A stretch of DNA of 52,145 nucleotides from Candidatus Methanophagales archaeon (GTDB lineage Archaea > Halobacteriota > Syntropharchaeia > Alkanophagales > Methanospirareceae), in contig JAUWND010000001.1 in assembly GCA_030612835.1 (NCBI GenBank), positions 1 to 52,145 on the forward strand. Reading direction: 5' to 3'. This document shows positions 9,194 through 18,945 of this stretch, in pieces. Position numbers and translations under genes: made by a program. Under the pieces are notes generated by a model. That model searched no databases. It had not been told where the DNA came from and saw only the letters and a list, made by a program, of their open reading frames with translations. Every line of letters starts with the position of its first letter. The first letter of the stretch is position 1.

Positions 9194-9676
9194 ATGCAAG
9201 CAGAAACAATTGTTAAAGTTAGGGAACTTATGACTACCGATGTTATAGCATTCAAGCCCGATGATAAAGTCCATCAGGTGGCCGAGACGTTTAGATCGAA
9301 TCGGATTAGTGGTGCACCGGTGATTGATGATCAGAGAAAGGTTATTGGTGTGATTAGTGAAGCGGACATCATGAAATTGACTGCAACAGTCCCCTTTCCC
9401 GATATAGATCCGCTTAATCCTTTCCCGGTCTTCTCTTTGACCGCATACAGGAAAAAGGTAGAGAAAATCCCGGCTGAAATAGAGACACTATTCGAAGGAT
9501 CTGTAAAGGACGTGATGACAAAAGATCCGGTAACGATTTCACCGGATGACTCTGTTTTAGATGCTGCCCGGCTAATGCATAAAGACGATTTTAATCGAAT
9601 TCCCGTGGTAGATGACGAAGGGAAATTGGTGGGGCTAATAGCAAGAGCAGATATTATCAGCCTCTTTGTACAATGA
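9194..9676 (+). CDS. CBS-domain pair protein (tandem paralogue)
   Basis: LMTTDVI, SGAPVID...IGVISEADI, RIPVVD...GLIARADII. Confidence 0.9.
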   Translation: MQAETIVKVRELMTTDVIAFKPDDKVHQVAETFRSNRISGAPVIDDQRKVIGVISEADIMKLTATVPFPDIDPLNPFPVFSLTAYRKKVEKIPAEIETLFEGSVKDVMTKDPVTISPDDSVLDAARLMHKDDFNRIPVVDDEGKLVGLIARADIISLFVQ

Positions 9677-9761
9677 GCAAACAATGCAAAGTGCAAAGTG
9701 CAAAGTGTAAAAGTCAAAATGTTTTATATTCCATATAAGAACAGAAGCCATCAGTAAGCAC

Positions 9762-10880
9762 ATGGATAGGAAAGCTATATCAAAAGCGAAGAGGATCGTA
9801 ATAAAGATAGGGACCAGCAATCTCACGGATAAGAGTTACCGGCTTGAGCCAGGGAAAGTGGAAAAGCTCGCTAAAGAAATATCCGAATTGAAAAGACAAG
9901 ATAAAGAAGTAATTGTAGTGACGTCAGGCGCTATCGGTGCGGGTATCGGTAAGCTCGACCTGAAGCAAAGACCCCGTGACGTAAAGGTATTACAGGCTAC
10001 TGCTGCCGTTGGTCAAAGTGTCCTGATGAGCACCTATGACAGCTATTTCGCTCGATTTGGGCAGACCATCGCCCAGGTTTTGTTGACATACGGTGACTTC
10101 GTCAACAGACAGCGGTACCTCAACATTAGAAATACATTGCTCACATTGCTTAAGTCCGGAGTAATCCCAATAATCAATGAGAACGACACCGTAGCTGTGG
10201 ACGAGCTGAAATTTGGCGATAACGACACATTATCCGCATTGGTGGCAAGCAACCTCGGTGCGGATTTACTTATTTTACTCTCTGACATAGACGGCTTGTT
10301 CACATATAACCCTAAAAGGAGTGCGAAAGCGGAATTCATACCCCTTGTGGACGAGATAACCGATGAGATCGAACGTATTGCGGAAACAGGCGGTAAAACG
10401 AGTGTCGGTGGTATGAAGACGAAGATAGAAGCCGCTAAGGTAGCCATGAAAGCAGGTATACCTATGGTTATCGCAAACGGTGGTGAAGAGAACATACTCA
10501 TGCGGATTATAGAAGGTGCGCCTGTTGGTACTTTATTCATTCCAAAACAGGTGCGGATGAACGATAGAGCGCATTGGATTCTCTTCTCTGCATCGCCAAA
10601 GGGCCAAATCAAAGTGGATGCAGGTGCTAAGACAGCATTGGTCAAGCGAGGCGGTAGCTTGCTCCCCTCTGGGATCGTCGGTGTTGAAAATGCGTTCATC
10701 TGTGGCGATCCAGTAAGCATTGTTGACGCCAAAGGTGTGGAATTCGCTCGCGGCATCACAAACTACTCAAGCAGCGATATTGAAAAGATAAAAGGAGCGC
10801 AATCAAGCGCAATCGAGCAGCTTTTGGGTCGCAAAGAATATGCTGCAGTGGTTTATAGAAGTAATCTTGTGTTAGTGTAA
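9762..10880 (+). CDS. proB: Glutamate 5-kinase with PUA domain
   Basis: RIVIKIGTS, VTSGAI, NENDTV, FGDNDTLSA, GGMKTK, C-terminal SLLPSGI PUA domain. Confidence 0.96.
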   Translation: MDRKAISKAKRIVIKIGTSNLTDKSYRLEPGKVEKLAKEISELKRQDKEVIVVTSGAIGAGIGKLDLKQRPRDVKVLQATAAVGQSVLMSTYDSYFARFGQTIAQVLLTYGDFVNRQRYLNIRNTLLTLLKSGVIPIINENDTVAVDELKFGDNDTLSALVASNLGADLLILLSDIDGLFTYNPKRSAKAEFIPLVDEITDEIERIAETGGKTSVGGMKTKIEAAKVAMKAGIPMVIANGGEENILMRIIEGAPVGTLFIPKQVRMNDRAHWILFSASPKGQIKVDAGAKTALVKRGGSLLPSGIVGVENAFICGDPVSIVDAKGVEFARGITNYSSSDIEKIKGAQSSAIEQLLGRKEYAAVVYRSNLVLV

Positions 10881-10923
10881 AATCGGATTTTTTCTTTTGC
10901 GGAAATGGCAAAAGTATGCAAGT

Positions 10924-11451
10924 TTAATTCTCTTCCGCTTCGGTCTTTCTCTTGTATAACACCCATCCCGAAGAATCTATTTTTCCATTTGCTAATACAA
11001 CTATTGTTCCATCGTCCGTCTTTATACGCGTTTTTCTTAACGTAACCTCGAGGATCGTTCCTCTATATTTCATCGTCTCAACCTCGTCACCAATATTGAA
11101 GTGCTTGTCTAACAGGATGAATATCCCTGCCACCGCATCGCTTAAGACGTTCTTAACGGCTAATGCAACAGCAAGACAGACTATAACAGAGGCGCCAAGG
11201 AGTGGCATGAGTACCTCTTCTAAATTCAGTTCCGCAATGACATACATCAGAACAATGAACCATAGAACATACACGACGACTCTTCGCAGGATGTTCTGTG
11301 CATCCACAGGCAGAGCGCGAGCGCTTAAGAATCTTTTAAGTAATCTGCTAATTAGTCTAATCACGAAAAAAGCGACTACCAGAACTACTACCACTTTCAA
11401 ATACGTCACAGCATCCTGAGATAAATTTGGTATATCCATTATATGCACCAT
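10924..11451 (-). CDS. Small-conductance mechanosensitive channel (MscS family)
   Basis: Three TMs then LSDAVAGIFILLDKHFNIGD...GTILEVTLRKT. Start uncertain (ATG 11451 or 11439). Confidence 0.85.
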   Translation of the reverse strand: MVHIMDIPNLSQDAVTYLKVVVVLVVAFFVIRLISRLLKRFLSARALPVDAQNILRRVVVYVLWFIVLMYVIAELNLEEVLMPLLGASVIVCLAVALAVKNVLSDAVAGIFILLDKHFNIGDEVETMKYRGTILEVTLRKTRIKTDDGTIVVLANGKIDSSGWVLYKRKTEAEEN

Positions 11452-11663
11452 ATCCTTTTTAGATCTGGAGCTATATAAATTACTAACTCCTAACTCAGGT
11501 GTTAATCTTGTTAAATCACAGATTAAGAATAGGGCGATTACTTGTCCCACCTCGTCTTAGAACGGTACGTGGAAGTTTTAAATACTATTTTAAACGAGAG
11601 CGTTAAAAGAGGGAAGCGGTGTAATCTTGCTTAGCAAACCAAATAAACAGAATACAGCGGTAT

Positions 11664-13094
11664 ATGGATAATACAGTACCAGAGATGGCCATTTCTGATG
11701 CGGCATCGCAGGAAAAGAAAACGGTAGGCGTGGCGATGTTACTTGGCGATCCGAAAAGAGCCATTATCAAACTCGCATTACCTATGATCGCAGCTATGTC
11801 ACTGCAAACAATCTACAATCTCGTGGATGCCATTTGGGTTTCTGGTCTTGGTGCGGATGCGCTCGCAGCTATTGGTTTCGTCTTCCCATTCTTCTTTCTG
11901 GCTATTGGACTGTCAAATGGGTTAGGTGTAGGTGCCGGGTCTGCCATATCACGTAGGATCGGTGCCCGAGATAAGCTGGGTGCAGACAACGTGGCCGTTC
12001 ATACACTCATTATGATGCTGTTACTCACTGTTCTTTTTACCATACCGCTTTATGCCTTTACTGACGAGCTATTTGTTCTGATAGGTGCCGGTAAGACGGC
12101 GGATATGGCAATAGCCTATGCCCAGATTTTCTTCGCCGGCAGTATTTTCATATTTTTCACTAACGTAGCAAATGCTATACTGCGGAGTGAAGGAGACGCC
12201 AAGCGAGCCATGTACGCTATGGCATTGGGTGCAGGTCTGAATATTATCCTGGACCCGATTTTTATCTACACTTTTGGTCTGGGAGTTGCCGGTGCTGCAT
12301 GGGCCACACTCATATCGCTGGCCATTACATCATTTATCATGCTAAACTGGCTGCTTGTCAAAAAGGACACGTACGTATCATTCAAGTTCAGTGGGTTCCA
12401 ATTTGATAAAGAGATAGTTAAGGATATTTTCAGGGTTGCTCTGCCTGCTTCCGTGATGCAGCTCGCTATATCGTTAACCATATTGATAATAAATCTCATA
12501 TTAGTAAAAGTGGGCAACACCGATTCCGTAGCAATATATTCAACAGGGTGGCGGGTAGTAACAATAGCAATATTGCCGCTTATGGGTATCGCTACTGCCG
12601 TTGTATCGGTGACTGGAGCTGCTTTTGGTGCGCACGCATATGAAAAGGTAAGTATTGCACATCTCTATGCAACAAAGGTGGGTCTCGTGATAGAGATAGT
12701 TATAGGTGTGGCAACCTTCATTCTTGCACCGCAGATCGCTATGATATTCACACATTCCGAGGGGGCGGCACATTTAGCTCCCGAGCTGACAATGTTTTTC
12801 AGGATAATCAGTCTTTTTTACCCATCAGTATCATTTGGAATGCTCTCTTCTTCGCTCTTTCAAGGAACAGGGAAAGGGATGTACGCACTGGCAGTCACGC
12901 TTTTGCGTACGCTAATCCTAATGCCGTTATTTGCTCTTCTATTCGCTTTTAATCTCGAACTGGGACTGGTTGGCGTATGGTGGGGCGTGGTTGTAGCAAA
13001 CATCATTGGTCCTGCAGTAGCGTTCGTATGGGCGAGGCTGTATATAAGGCGGTTAACAAGAAAGGTTACATCCCGCCCCGGAGCGCAAGAATAA
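11664..13094 (+). CDS. MATE family efflux transporter
   Basis: IIKLALPMI, YNLVDAIWV, ILRSEGD, NIILDPIFI, GVAGAAWAT. Confidence 0.93.
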   Translation: MDNTVPEMAISDAASQEKKTVGVAMLLGDPKRAIIKLALPMIAAMSLQTIYNLVDAIWVSGLGADALAAIGFVFPFFFLAIGLSNGLGVGAGSAISRRIGARDKLGADNVAVHTLIMMLLLTVLFTIPLYAFTDELFVLIGAGKTADMAIAYAQIFFAGSIFIFFTNVANAILRSEGDAKRAMYAMALGAGLNIILDPIFIYTFGLGVAGAAWATLISLAITSFIMLNWLLVKKDTYVSFKFSGFQFDKEIVKDIFRVALPASVMQLAISLTILIINLILVKVGNTDSVAIYSTGWRVVTIAILPLMGIATAVVSVTGAAFGAHAYEKVSIAHLYATKVGLVIEIVIGVATFILAPQIAMIFTHSEGAAHLAPELTMFFRIISLFYPSVSFGMLSSSLFQGTGKGMYALAVTLLRTLILMPLFALLFAFNLELGLVGVWWGVVVANIIGPAVAFVWARLYIRRLTRKVTSRPGAQE

Positions 13095-14025
13095 TAAGAT
13101 AGCTACCATAAACAGCAGCCAATACAACTGCCTCTTTCTTTCCTAAACTTCGTCTGAAGATGATTATGGCTAAGAAGATGAAGACGGATAATAAGAGATA
13201 AAACGCAGATAGTCCTATGTTGCCCTGAATATAAGTTACCGCAACGAAACTGAAAGGCAAACCTATTCCCGCTAGGAGATCGAAAATATTACTGCCCAGT
13301 GCGTTAGAAACGGCTAAGCTCCCCATACCCTTCCTTGACGCATCTACCGACACGAAAAGGTCGGGGATTGAGGTCGCGATTGCGATAATAATCAAGCTAA
13401 AGAGCGATTGCGATAAACCTAAAGTATCAGTAATATAAAATGTTGACTTAACCATTATATCCGCACTCACCGCGATACCAGCAACACCTATTCCGGTATA
13501 AATAATCGCCTTCCGTGTTGATACATACTTAAACTCCTCTTTGGGTACGAACTTCCCTTTAATCGCATCCTTAAAAAGCCAGATGAAATAGACGATATAA
13601 AGCAAGAACCAGGATAAAGCCTCCCATTGTGTCAAAACGCCATCCATGATCGTCACTACCGTAACAATCACAACGAGGAGATAAAATGCCCCGTCCCGTT
13701 TGAGCACTTTCTCATCGAGAACGCATTTTCGCACCCAGAAGGAGAAAGCAACCAATAATGTGATATTAAAGATAGCCGAGCCGACGATTGTCCCCAGACC
13801 TATATCCGGATGCCCCTCAACAACGGAGAATACGGACGCACCCATTTCCGGTGCGCTACTCACCATAGCGGCTACAGAAGCGCCTGCAACTGATTCGGGC
13901 ACGTTGAATCGTTTCGCAAGAGAGCCTAAACCACTCACAAAGAGACCCGTTAGATAGAAAAACGCTATAAAACAGATTGCAAGAGCAAGAATCGCTATCC
14001 CTAACCCGTAACCCAATCTCTTCAC
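13066..14025 (-). CDS. Sodium/calcium antiporter (CaCA, YrbG-like)
   Basis: Alpha repeats SSAPE...GTIVGSAIFN and ATSIPD...SNALGSNIF. Confidence 0.9.
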   Translation of the reverse strand: MKRLGYGLGIAILALAICFIAFFYLTGLFVSGLGSLAKRFNVPESVAGASVAAMVSSAPEMGASVFSVVEGHPDIGLGTIVGSAIFNITLLVAFSFWVRKCVLDEKVLKRDGAFYLLVVIVTVVTIMDGVLTQWEALSWFLLYIVYFIWLFKDAIKGKFVPKEEFKYVSTRKAIIYTGIGVAGIAVSADIMVKSTFYITDTLGLSQSLFSLIIIAIATSIPDLFVSVDASRKGMGSLAVSNALGSNIFDLLAGIGLPFSFVAVTYIQGNIGLSAFYLLLSVFIFLAIIIFRRSLGKKEAVVLAAVYGSYLIILALRGGM

Positions 14026-14109
14026 TCACCCCCCCGTTTTAGCTCGTGCATCTTTGTTTGTTATGCTATATAAGGTAATAGTCTTTGTATTTGAAATAGG
14101 GGAATAAAA

Positions 14110-14751
14110 ATGATAGAAATATTGACGAATCCGAACAAATTTTTTGAAGTGAAGAAGGAGGAAGAAGTAAGTCTGAAGATACCGGCGCTTATCGTTTTGA
14201 TAATCGGTATAATCAGTGGCATAGGCGCTTATTTTATGGGTGGATTAACTGCTGAAATGCTCAGCGGAACACTTCCACCAGAGGCACAAGCGTTTCTTTC
14301 GTTCATACCTATTAGCACTGCTATCACCGCAGTGATAGTTTCATTCATCATCTGGGTTGTCTTTGCCGCTATATTCTACGGCATATCCTGCATATTCAAA
14401 GGTGAGGGGAAGTTCAAGCGAACACTCGAATTCGTTGGATACGGTTACATCCCAATGATAATTAGCGGCATAATAGGTGCTATATTCATCTACAATTTCG
14501 TTTCAACCGTGCATATTCCAGTAGTAACAGATCCGGCAAAGATGGCGGAAGCATTTGAACCACTGCTGAAAAGCCCAATGATGCAGCTTTCATATGCAAT
14601 CAGTATTCTCTTCATGCTGTGGAGTGCGAACATCTGGGTGTTCGGGCTGAAACACGCACGGAATCTAACGATGAAGAACGCATTGATCACCGTTGCCATT
14701 CCAGTGGCTGTTTACGTTCTGTGGACGATCTACCAGATGGGGGTGATGTGA
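14110..14751 (+). CDS. Yip1-domain membrane protein
   Basis: ILTNPNKFF start, GxGxFKRTLEFVGYGYIP, five TMs. Confidence 0.82.
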   Translation: MIEILTNPNKFFEVKKEEEVSLKIPALIVLIIGIISGIGAYFMGGLTAEMLSGTLPPEAQAFLSFIPISTAITAVIVSFIIWVVFAAIFYGISCIFKGEGKFKRTLEFVGYGYIPMIISGIIGAIFIYNFVSTVHIPVVTDPAKMAEAFEPLLKSPMMQLSYAISILFMLWSANIWVFGLKHARNLTMKNALITVAIPVAVYVLWTIYQMGVM

Positions 14752-15921
14752 ATGCGCCAAACGATCCCCACATTTATTTTTTTGCTCTTATTCTTTTTTG
14801 TCATTGCAGTCGCAACATCTGGCGTCAGCGTAGTTAGTTCAGTAACAGGAGAGCAGAAATCTTCTGTTATGATCACAGGTTATCAAGTGAATCCGGAAGT
14901 GCTCATGTGCAACGATATAGGCACGGTAACGGTGACAGTAAAGAACATGGAACCGAAAACCGTAAACATAAATGAGGTACAGATGTTAAGTCAGGGAATC
15001 AAAGTGCTGAGCGATTCGTACTTTAACCCTGGTAGTTTAGGACCTGGGGGAGCTCTAAGTCTCACGTTCACTATAAAGGCGACTTGTCCCGACGGCATAT
15101 ATTATCCAAAAGTAATAGTAAATGGCGAAGGCGTCCAGAGCATAAGATACTCCTTTCCGGTGACTGTGGACAGTTCTCCTTTAATCATCGGCGTTAAGGA
15201 CGTTCCGGAAGATATTTTTAGAGGTGAGCGAGCAAAGATCGAGCTCGTTGTCGGTAATTCCAGACCAAATAACGTTACAGCCGTGAAGATCGTTACCGAG
15301 GATAAAGACGTGATGCCCGCGGAGGTCTTCATCGGCACGCTATCGGCAGACGACTCAGAAGTTGCCGCTTTCTATCTCACACCGCAAGAGAGTGGTGATT
15401 GTGTCCTGAACTTCAAGTTACAATTTAAAAACGGCGATAACTACCATTATACCGATTTGAGCGTGCCTTTGAATGTGACGGAGAGCAAAAAGAGCGCGGA
15501 ACTCATCCTCACCGGTATCGAAGTGGAATCCATGCCCGGGATGAATGTGTATAAGATCACAGGCGACATAAACAATGCGGGTTTAGAAGCAGCAAATAGC
15601 GTGGTTATGAAGGTATGTGATGCAGAAGGCATAGAGGCAATGCAGCCATACAAGGCCTATTTCGTGGGCTTGCTCAACGCGGACGATTTCAGCAGTTTCG
15701 AACTCAATGTAAAGATAGGTGGAAATGAAACGCAGGTGCCGCTTATCATCGAATACAAAGACGAAGATGGTATTCTTTTCTCGGAGCACGAATACATCTC
15801 GATAGAAAGTACTCAGGGGATCGCAAGTACAGGTGAATTGCCAGTTCCGATGATTGCTGTGGTCATTGTGATTGCAATAGTAGTCATTGGGATGATTGCG
15901 TATTCATGGAAGAAGAGATAG
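14752..15921 (+). CDS. COG1361-type S-layer-like secreted protein
   Basis: Signal peptide, Ig-like repeats with GSLGPG, GTLSAD and GLLNAD motifs, C-terminal TM plus KKR; sits in an ABC-exporter operon. Confidence 0.75.
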   Translation: MRQTIPTFIFLLLFFFVIAVATSGVSVVSSVTGEQKSSVMITGYQVNPEVLMCNDIGTVTVTVKNMEPKTVNINEVQMLSQGIKVLSDSYFNPGSLGPGGALSLTFTIKATCPDGIYYPKVIVNGEGVQSIRYSFPVTVDSSPLIIGVKDVPEDIFRGERAKIELVVGNSRPNNVTAVKIVTEDKDVMPAEVFIGTLSADDSEVAAFYLTPQESGDCVLNFKLQFKNGDNYHYTDLSVPLNVTESKKSAELILTGIEVESMPGMNVYKITGDINNAGLEAANSVVMKVCDAEGIEAMQPYKAYFVGLLNADDFSSFELNVKIGGNETQVPLIIEYKDEDGILFSEHEYISIESTQGIASTGELPVPMIAVVIVIAIVVIGMIAYSWKKR

Positions 15922-16602
15922 ATGAATGTGGTGGAGCTTGTAGAAGTAACAAAAGTATATGAGCTTCCTCGTGGGAGCGTCAAAGCGCTTGATAACGTGA
16001 CGGCAAGCATAGAAGCCGGCGAGTTCATTTCTGTTATGGGCCCTTCAGGCTCGGGAAAGACAACGTTCCTTAATATCATCGGGTGTTTGGACACGCCGAC
16101 AGAAGGTACGGTAGAGGTCGGTGGTGAAAACATCAATGGACTGGATGATGAAGCGTTGACTAAGATAAGGCGTGATAAAATAGGATTTGTATTTCAGCAG
16201 TTTAACCTCATAGCCACATTAACTGCACTTGAGAATATCGAGTACCCGATGATATTAAAGGGCGTGAACGGGCACGAGGAAAAGAGCAAGGGACTCGTGA
16301 GTTCTGTTGGATTGGATGAGGAACTGGGCGAGAACAAACCAAACGAGCTTTCAGGTGGCGAGCAACAGCGTGTTGCTATTGCTCGTGCACTGGCAAATGA
16401 CCCGGATATAATTCTTGCCGATGAGCCTACTGGTAATCTTGACTCGAAGACGAGCAGAGACATTATGCAGCTCCTGAAAGAGACAAACGAGCGCGGAAAG
16501 ACTATTATCATAGTTACGCATGACCCGCAGGTTGCTTCGTATACTAAACGCACATTCAGGCTTGTGGATGGGAGGATAGATAGTGATGGGGTGTTTCTGT
16601 AA
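15922..16602 (+). CDS. ABC transporter ATP-binding protein (LolD/MacB-like)
   Basis: GPSGSGKT, LSGGEQQRVAIARAL, ADEPTGNLD. Confidence 0.95.
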   Translation: MNVVELVEVTKVYELPRGSVKALDNVTASIEAGEFISVMGPSGSGKTTFLNIIGCLDTPTEGTVEVGGENINGLDDEALTKIRRDKIGFVFQQFNLIATLTALENIEYPMILKGVNGHEEKSKGLVSSVGLDEELGENKPNELSGGEQQRVAIARALANDPDIILADEPTGNLDSKTSRDIMQLLKETNERGKTIIIVTHDPQVASYTKRTFRLVDGRIDSDGVFL

Positions 16603-16679
16603 GACCACGCTATTACACAAGAGTAACTGGGCGGTGAAAAGTAAGAATCTTGTGAAATCTTGTGGTTATAAAAGATAAA

Positions 16680-17798
16680 ATGATCTTCTTCGAGTTCGCA
16701 AAACGGAACCTCGCAAGGCATAAGTTCAGGTCTGTGCTCGCCATCCTAGGGATTGTGATAGGTGTGCTGGCAATAACAGCACTGGGTATCCTCGGAAACA
16801 GTGTTCAGCTCGCCGTCTCTGAGCAGTTGTGCATGATAGGAAATGAGCTCGTAGTCTACCCATATGGCGAAGAAGCGATTTCTGAAGATAATTTCGAGAA
16901 GATAGAGAAAGTAGCAGAAGCTATCCCGGTACAGTCAATGGGGGATAAGGCAACACTAAACGGCGAGTCAACGTTTGTTATGGTCTATGGTATGCGTAGC
17001 GAGGACATTCCGAAACTGCTGGAGAAAGAGGCGGGGCAGTTTCTTAAACACGGCTCCCTAAACTGTATGGTCGGTTCTAGACTCGCGGACAATTATGAGC
17101 TCCGGGTAGGGGAGCGGGCAGCGCTACAAAGTCAGAAGCCAAGGATCGTGGGTATCTTAGCGGAAAGAGGAGTAGGGTTCGATATAAATCCGGATAATGC
17201 CATCATTGTCTCTGATAAGATGTTCGAGTCGATGTATAATACAACAGGCTACAACTCGGTGATTGTAAAGGTGGAAAAAATAGATGACGTAGAAGGCGCA
17301 AAGGAGGAGATTGAAGCACGATTGAACAAGAAAGAGGAAGTTGTAATGGTGATGGAGCTGAAAATGATTGTGGAAGGTATAAAGGGACTGTTCAATACGA
17401 TCTCCATATTCCTGCTTGGCATTGGCGCTATCTCACTCGTGGTTGCAGGTGTAAGCATCCTTAACGTAATGATGATGTCCACGGTGGAGCGAACGAAGGA
17501 GATAGGGGTGATGCGTGCAATAGGAACGTCAAAACGAGAGATACTGCGTATGTTCCTCTTTGAATCGTTGATCCTGGGCGTGATAGGCGGCGTAATAGGT
17601 GCGATTTTGGGCTTCGGTGCTGGTTTCTTAGTGGACGTCTTGATATTACATGAAGCGTCATATCTGTTTGCTCCTTCAAGCATCCTTTATGTATTCGTTG
17701 GTATTGCCTTCGGAGTAGGGACGAGCGTGCTAAGCGGGCTTTATCCGGCATGGCGCGCTTCTAAGTTGAAGCCGATAGAGGCACTGAGATATGAGTGA
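16680..17798 (+). CDS. ABC transporter permease (MacB/FtsX family)
   Basis: RSVLAILGIVIGV, ERTKEIGVMRAIG, YPAWRASKLKPIEALRYE. ATG 16680 preferred because the GTG at 16662 lies in a repeat. Confidence 0.93.
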   Translation: MIFFEFAKRNLARHKFRSVLAILGIVIGVLAITALGILGNSVQLAVSEQLCMIGNELVVYPYGEEAISEDNFEKIEKVAEAIPVQSMGDKATLNGESTFVMVYGMRSEDIPKLLEKEAGQFLKHGSLNCMVGSRLADNYELRVGERAALQSQKPRIVGILAERGVGFDINPDNAIIVSDKMFESMYNTTGYNSVIVKVEKIDDVEGAKEEIEARLNKKEEVVMVMELKMIVEGIKGLFNTISIFLLGIGAISLVVAGVSILNVMMMSTVERTKEIGVMRAIGTSKREILRMFLFESLILGVIGGVIGAILGFGAGFLVDVLILHEASYLFAPSSILYVFVGIAFGVGTSVLSGLYPAWRASKLKPIEALRYE

Positions 17799-17885
17799 AA
17801 ACAAAAAACGGTGAATCGGTGGTGGTACTGGGAACTGTTTGTAATTATAAGACAAAATTATATCTTAAATGCAGGGGAGATAAAA

Positions 17886-18097
17886 ATGGGAATAAAATTA
17901 GAGAGGGCTGATATAGTGATTGTAGCTTCAGCACATAATCTTCGTATAGTATCACCGCAATGGCTGAAAGAAAAAAAAGTTAATCGTGAACGACTGCAGA
18001 TCACTGCAAAATTTATACCAGAGAAGACCCATATTTATTGAAGCTTATTATTGAACCTCGCGGAAAAAACAGTCTTATTTATAATTTTAACTACCAT
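17886..18097 (+). pseudogene. Internally deleted remnant of an uncharacterised gene
   Basis: MGIKLERADIVIVASAHN...SPQWL N-terminus, then in another frame YLLKLIIEPRGKNSLIYNFNYH, which looks like a protein C-terminal segment. Confidence 0.4.
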
Positions 18098-18366
18098 TTC
18101 TTGGACAACGAACGATCCCCCTCTCTCTGGACGACTTCATTTTAATTGCCCAACGGCTCAAAGAGAAGCCTTTAGGGGGGCTGTCCGACATCATTCGAGG
18201 GATAAATGACAACCGGCAGGAACAACATATCGAAATATTAGTAAATGATGAAAATGTCCGATTGAGAGGATTTCCCCACTATAAAGGTAGGTAGCAGAAG
18301 GCAATTATTGATCCTATAGTTTTGCTGTAAAATAACTTTATTTGTTTAATACCTATTTTATAAAAT

Positions 18367-18897
18367 ATGAACATCCTCGACGAAATAGTGACCGAAATAT
18401 TCAGGCATGATAAAGAATTAGCACCTTTATTAACATCGATACTCAAACAGAAACTCGGTATTAGCATAAGCGAATTCAGTAAAAAATCGGGCATTCCTGC
18501 AAGCACGCTTTACAAAATCATCTCCGGCGAGCGGGACCCGAACTTGCGTACATTCAGAAGGATACTATTTACGATAAAGGAGCTAGAAAGTGGCCATGCA
18601 AAGAAGGAGAAGAATTTTATCGCTATTGTTTGCTCGCGCGGATGTTTGGAAGTATTAGAAAAAACGACAACAAAAGTCGGGGAAGATATTTTTGACCTAA
18701 AGGAATATGCAGTTACGAGCATTGAAGAAGCGATAATAGCAGCAATAAAAGCAGAACGGGACGGTGCATCCGCACTTGTATGTGCACCCATTGTCAGTTC
18801 AACAGTTGAAAAGGTGGTTAGTATCCCAGTAGCAACGATAAGGCCAATATCAAGTGTTGCTCGTGCTATTGAACTAGTTGCGAAGAAAGTGACTTAA
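18367..18897 (+). CDS. XRE-type HTH transcriptional regulator
   Basis: SISEFSKKSGIPASTLYKIISGERDPNL helix-turn-helix plus C-terminal ALVCAPIVS domain. Confidence 0.85.
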   Translation: MNILDEIVTEIFRHDKELAPLLTSILKQKLGISISEFSKKSGIPASTLYKIISGERDPNLRTFRRILFTIKELESGHAKKEKNFIAIVCSRGCLEVLEKTTTKVGEDIFDLKEYAVTSIEEAIIAAIKAERDGASALVCAPIVSSTVEKVVSIPVATIRPISSVARAIELVAKKVT

Positions 18898-18945
18898 ACC
18901 ACAAACTTTATGTCTCCCGAGCTAGTCATATGGACGCAGTTGCTC

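Noticed and set aside
10043..10759. Long antisense ORFs (also 23246-23851, 37375-37932, 44162-44704)
   Set aside because: Shadows of well-supported genes on the other strand with no recognisable motifs.
13066..13094. 29-bp 3' overlap of MATE and CaCA genes
   Set aside because: Short convergent overlaps are common in compact archaeal genomes.
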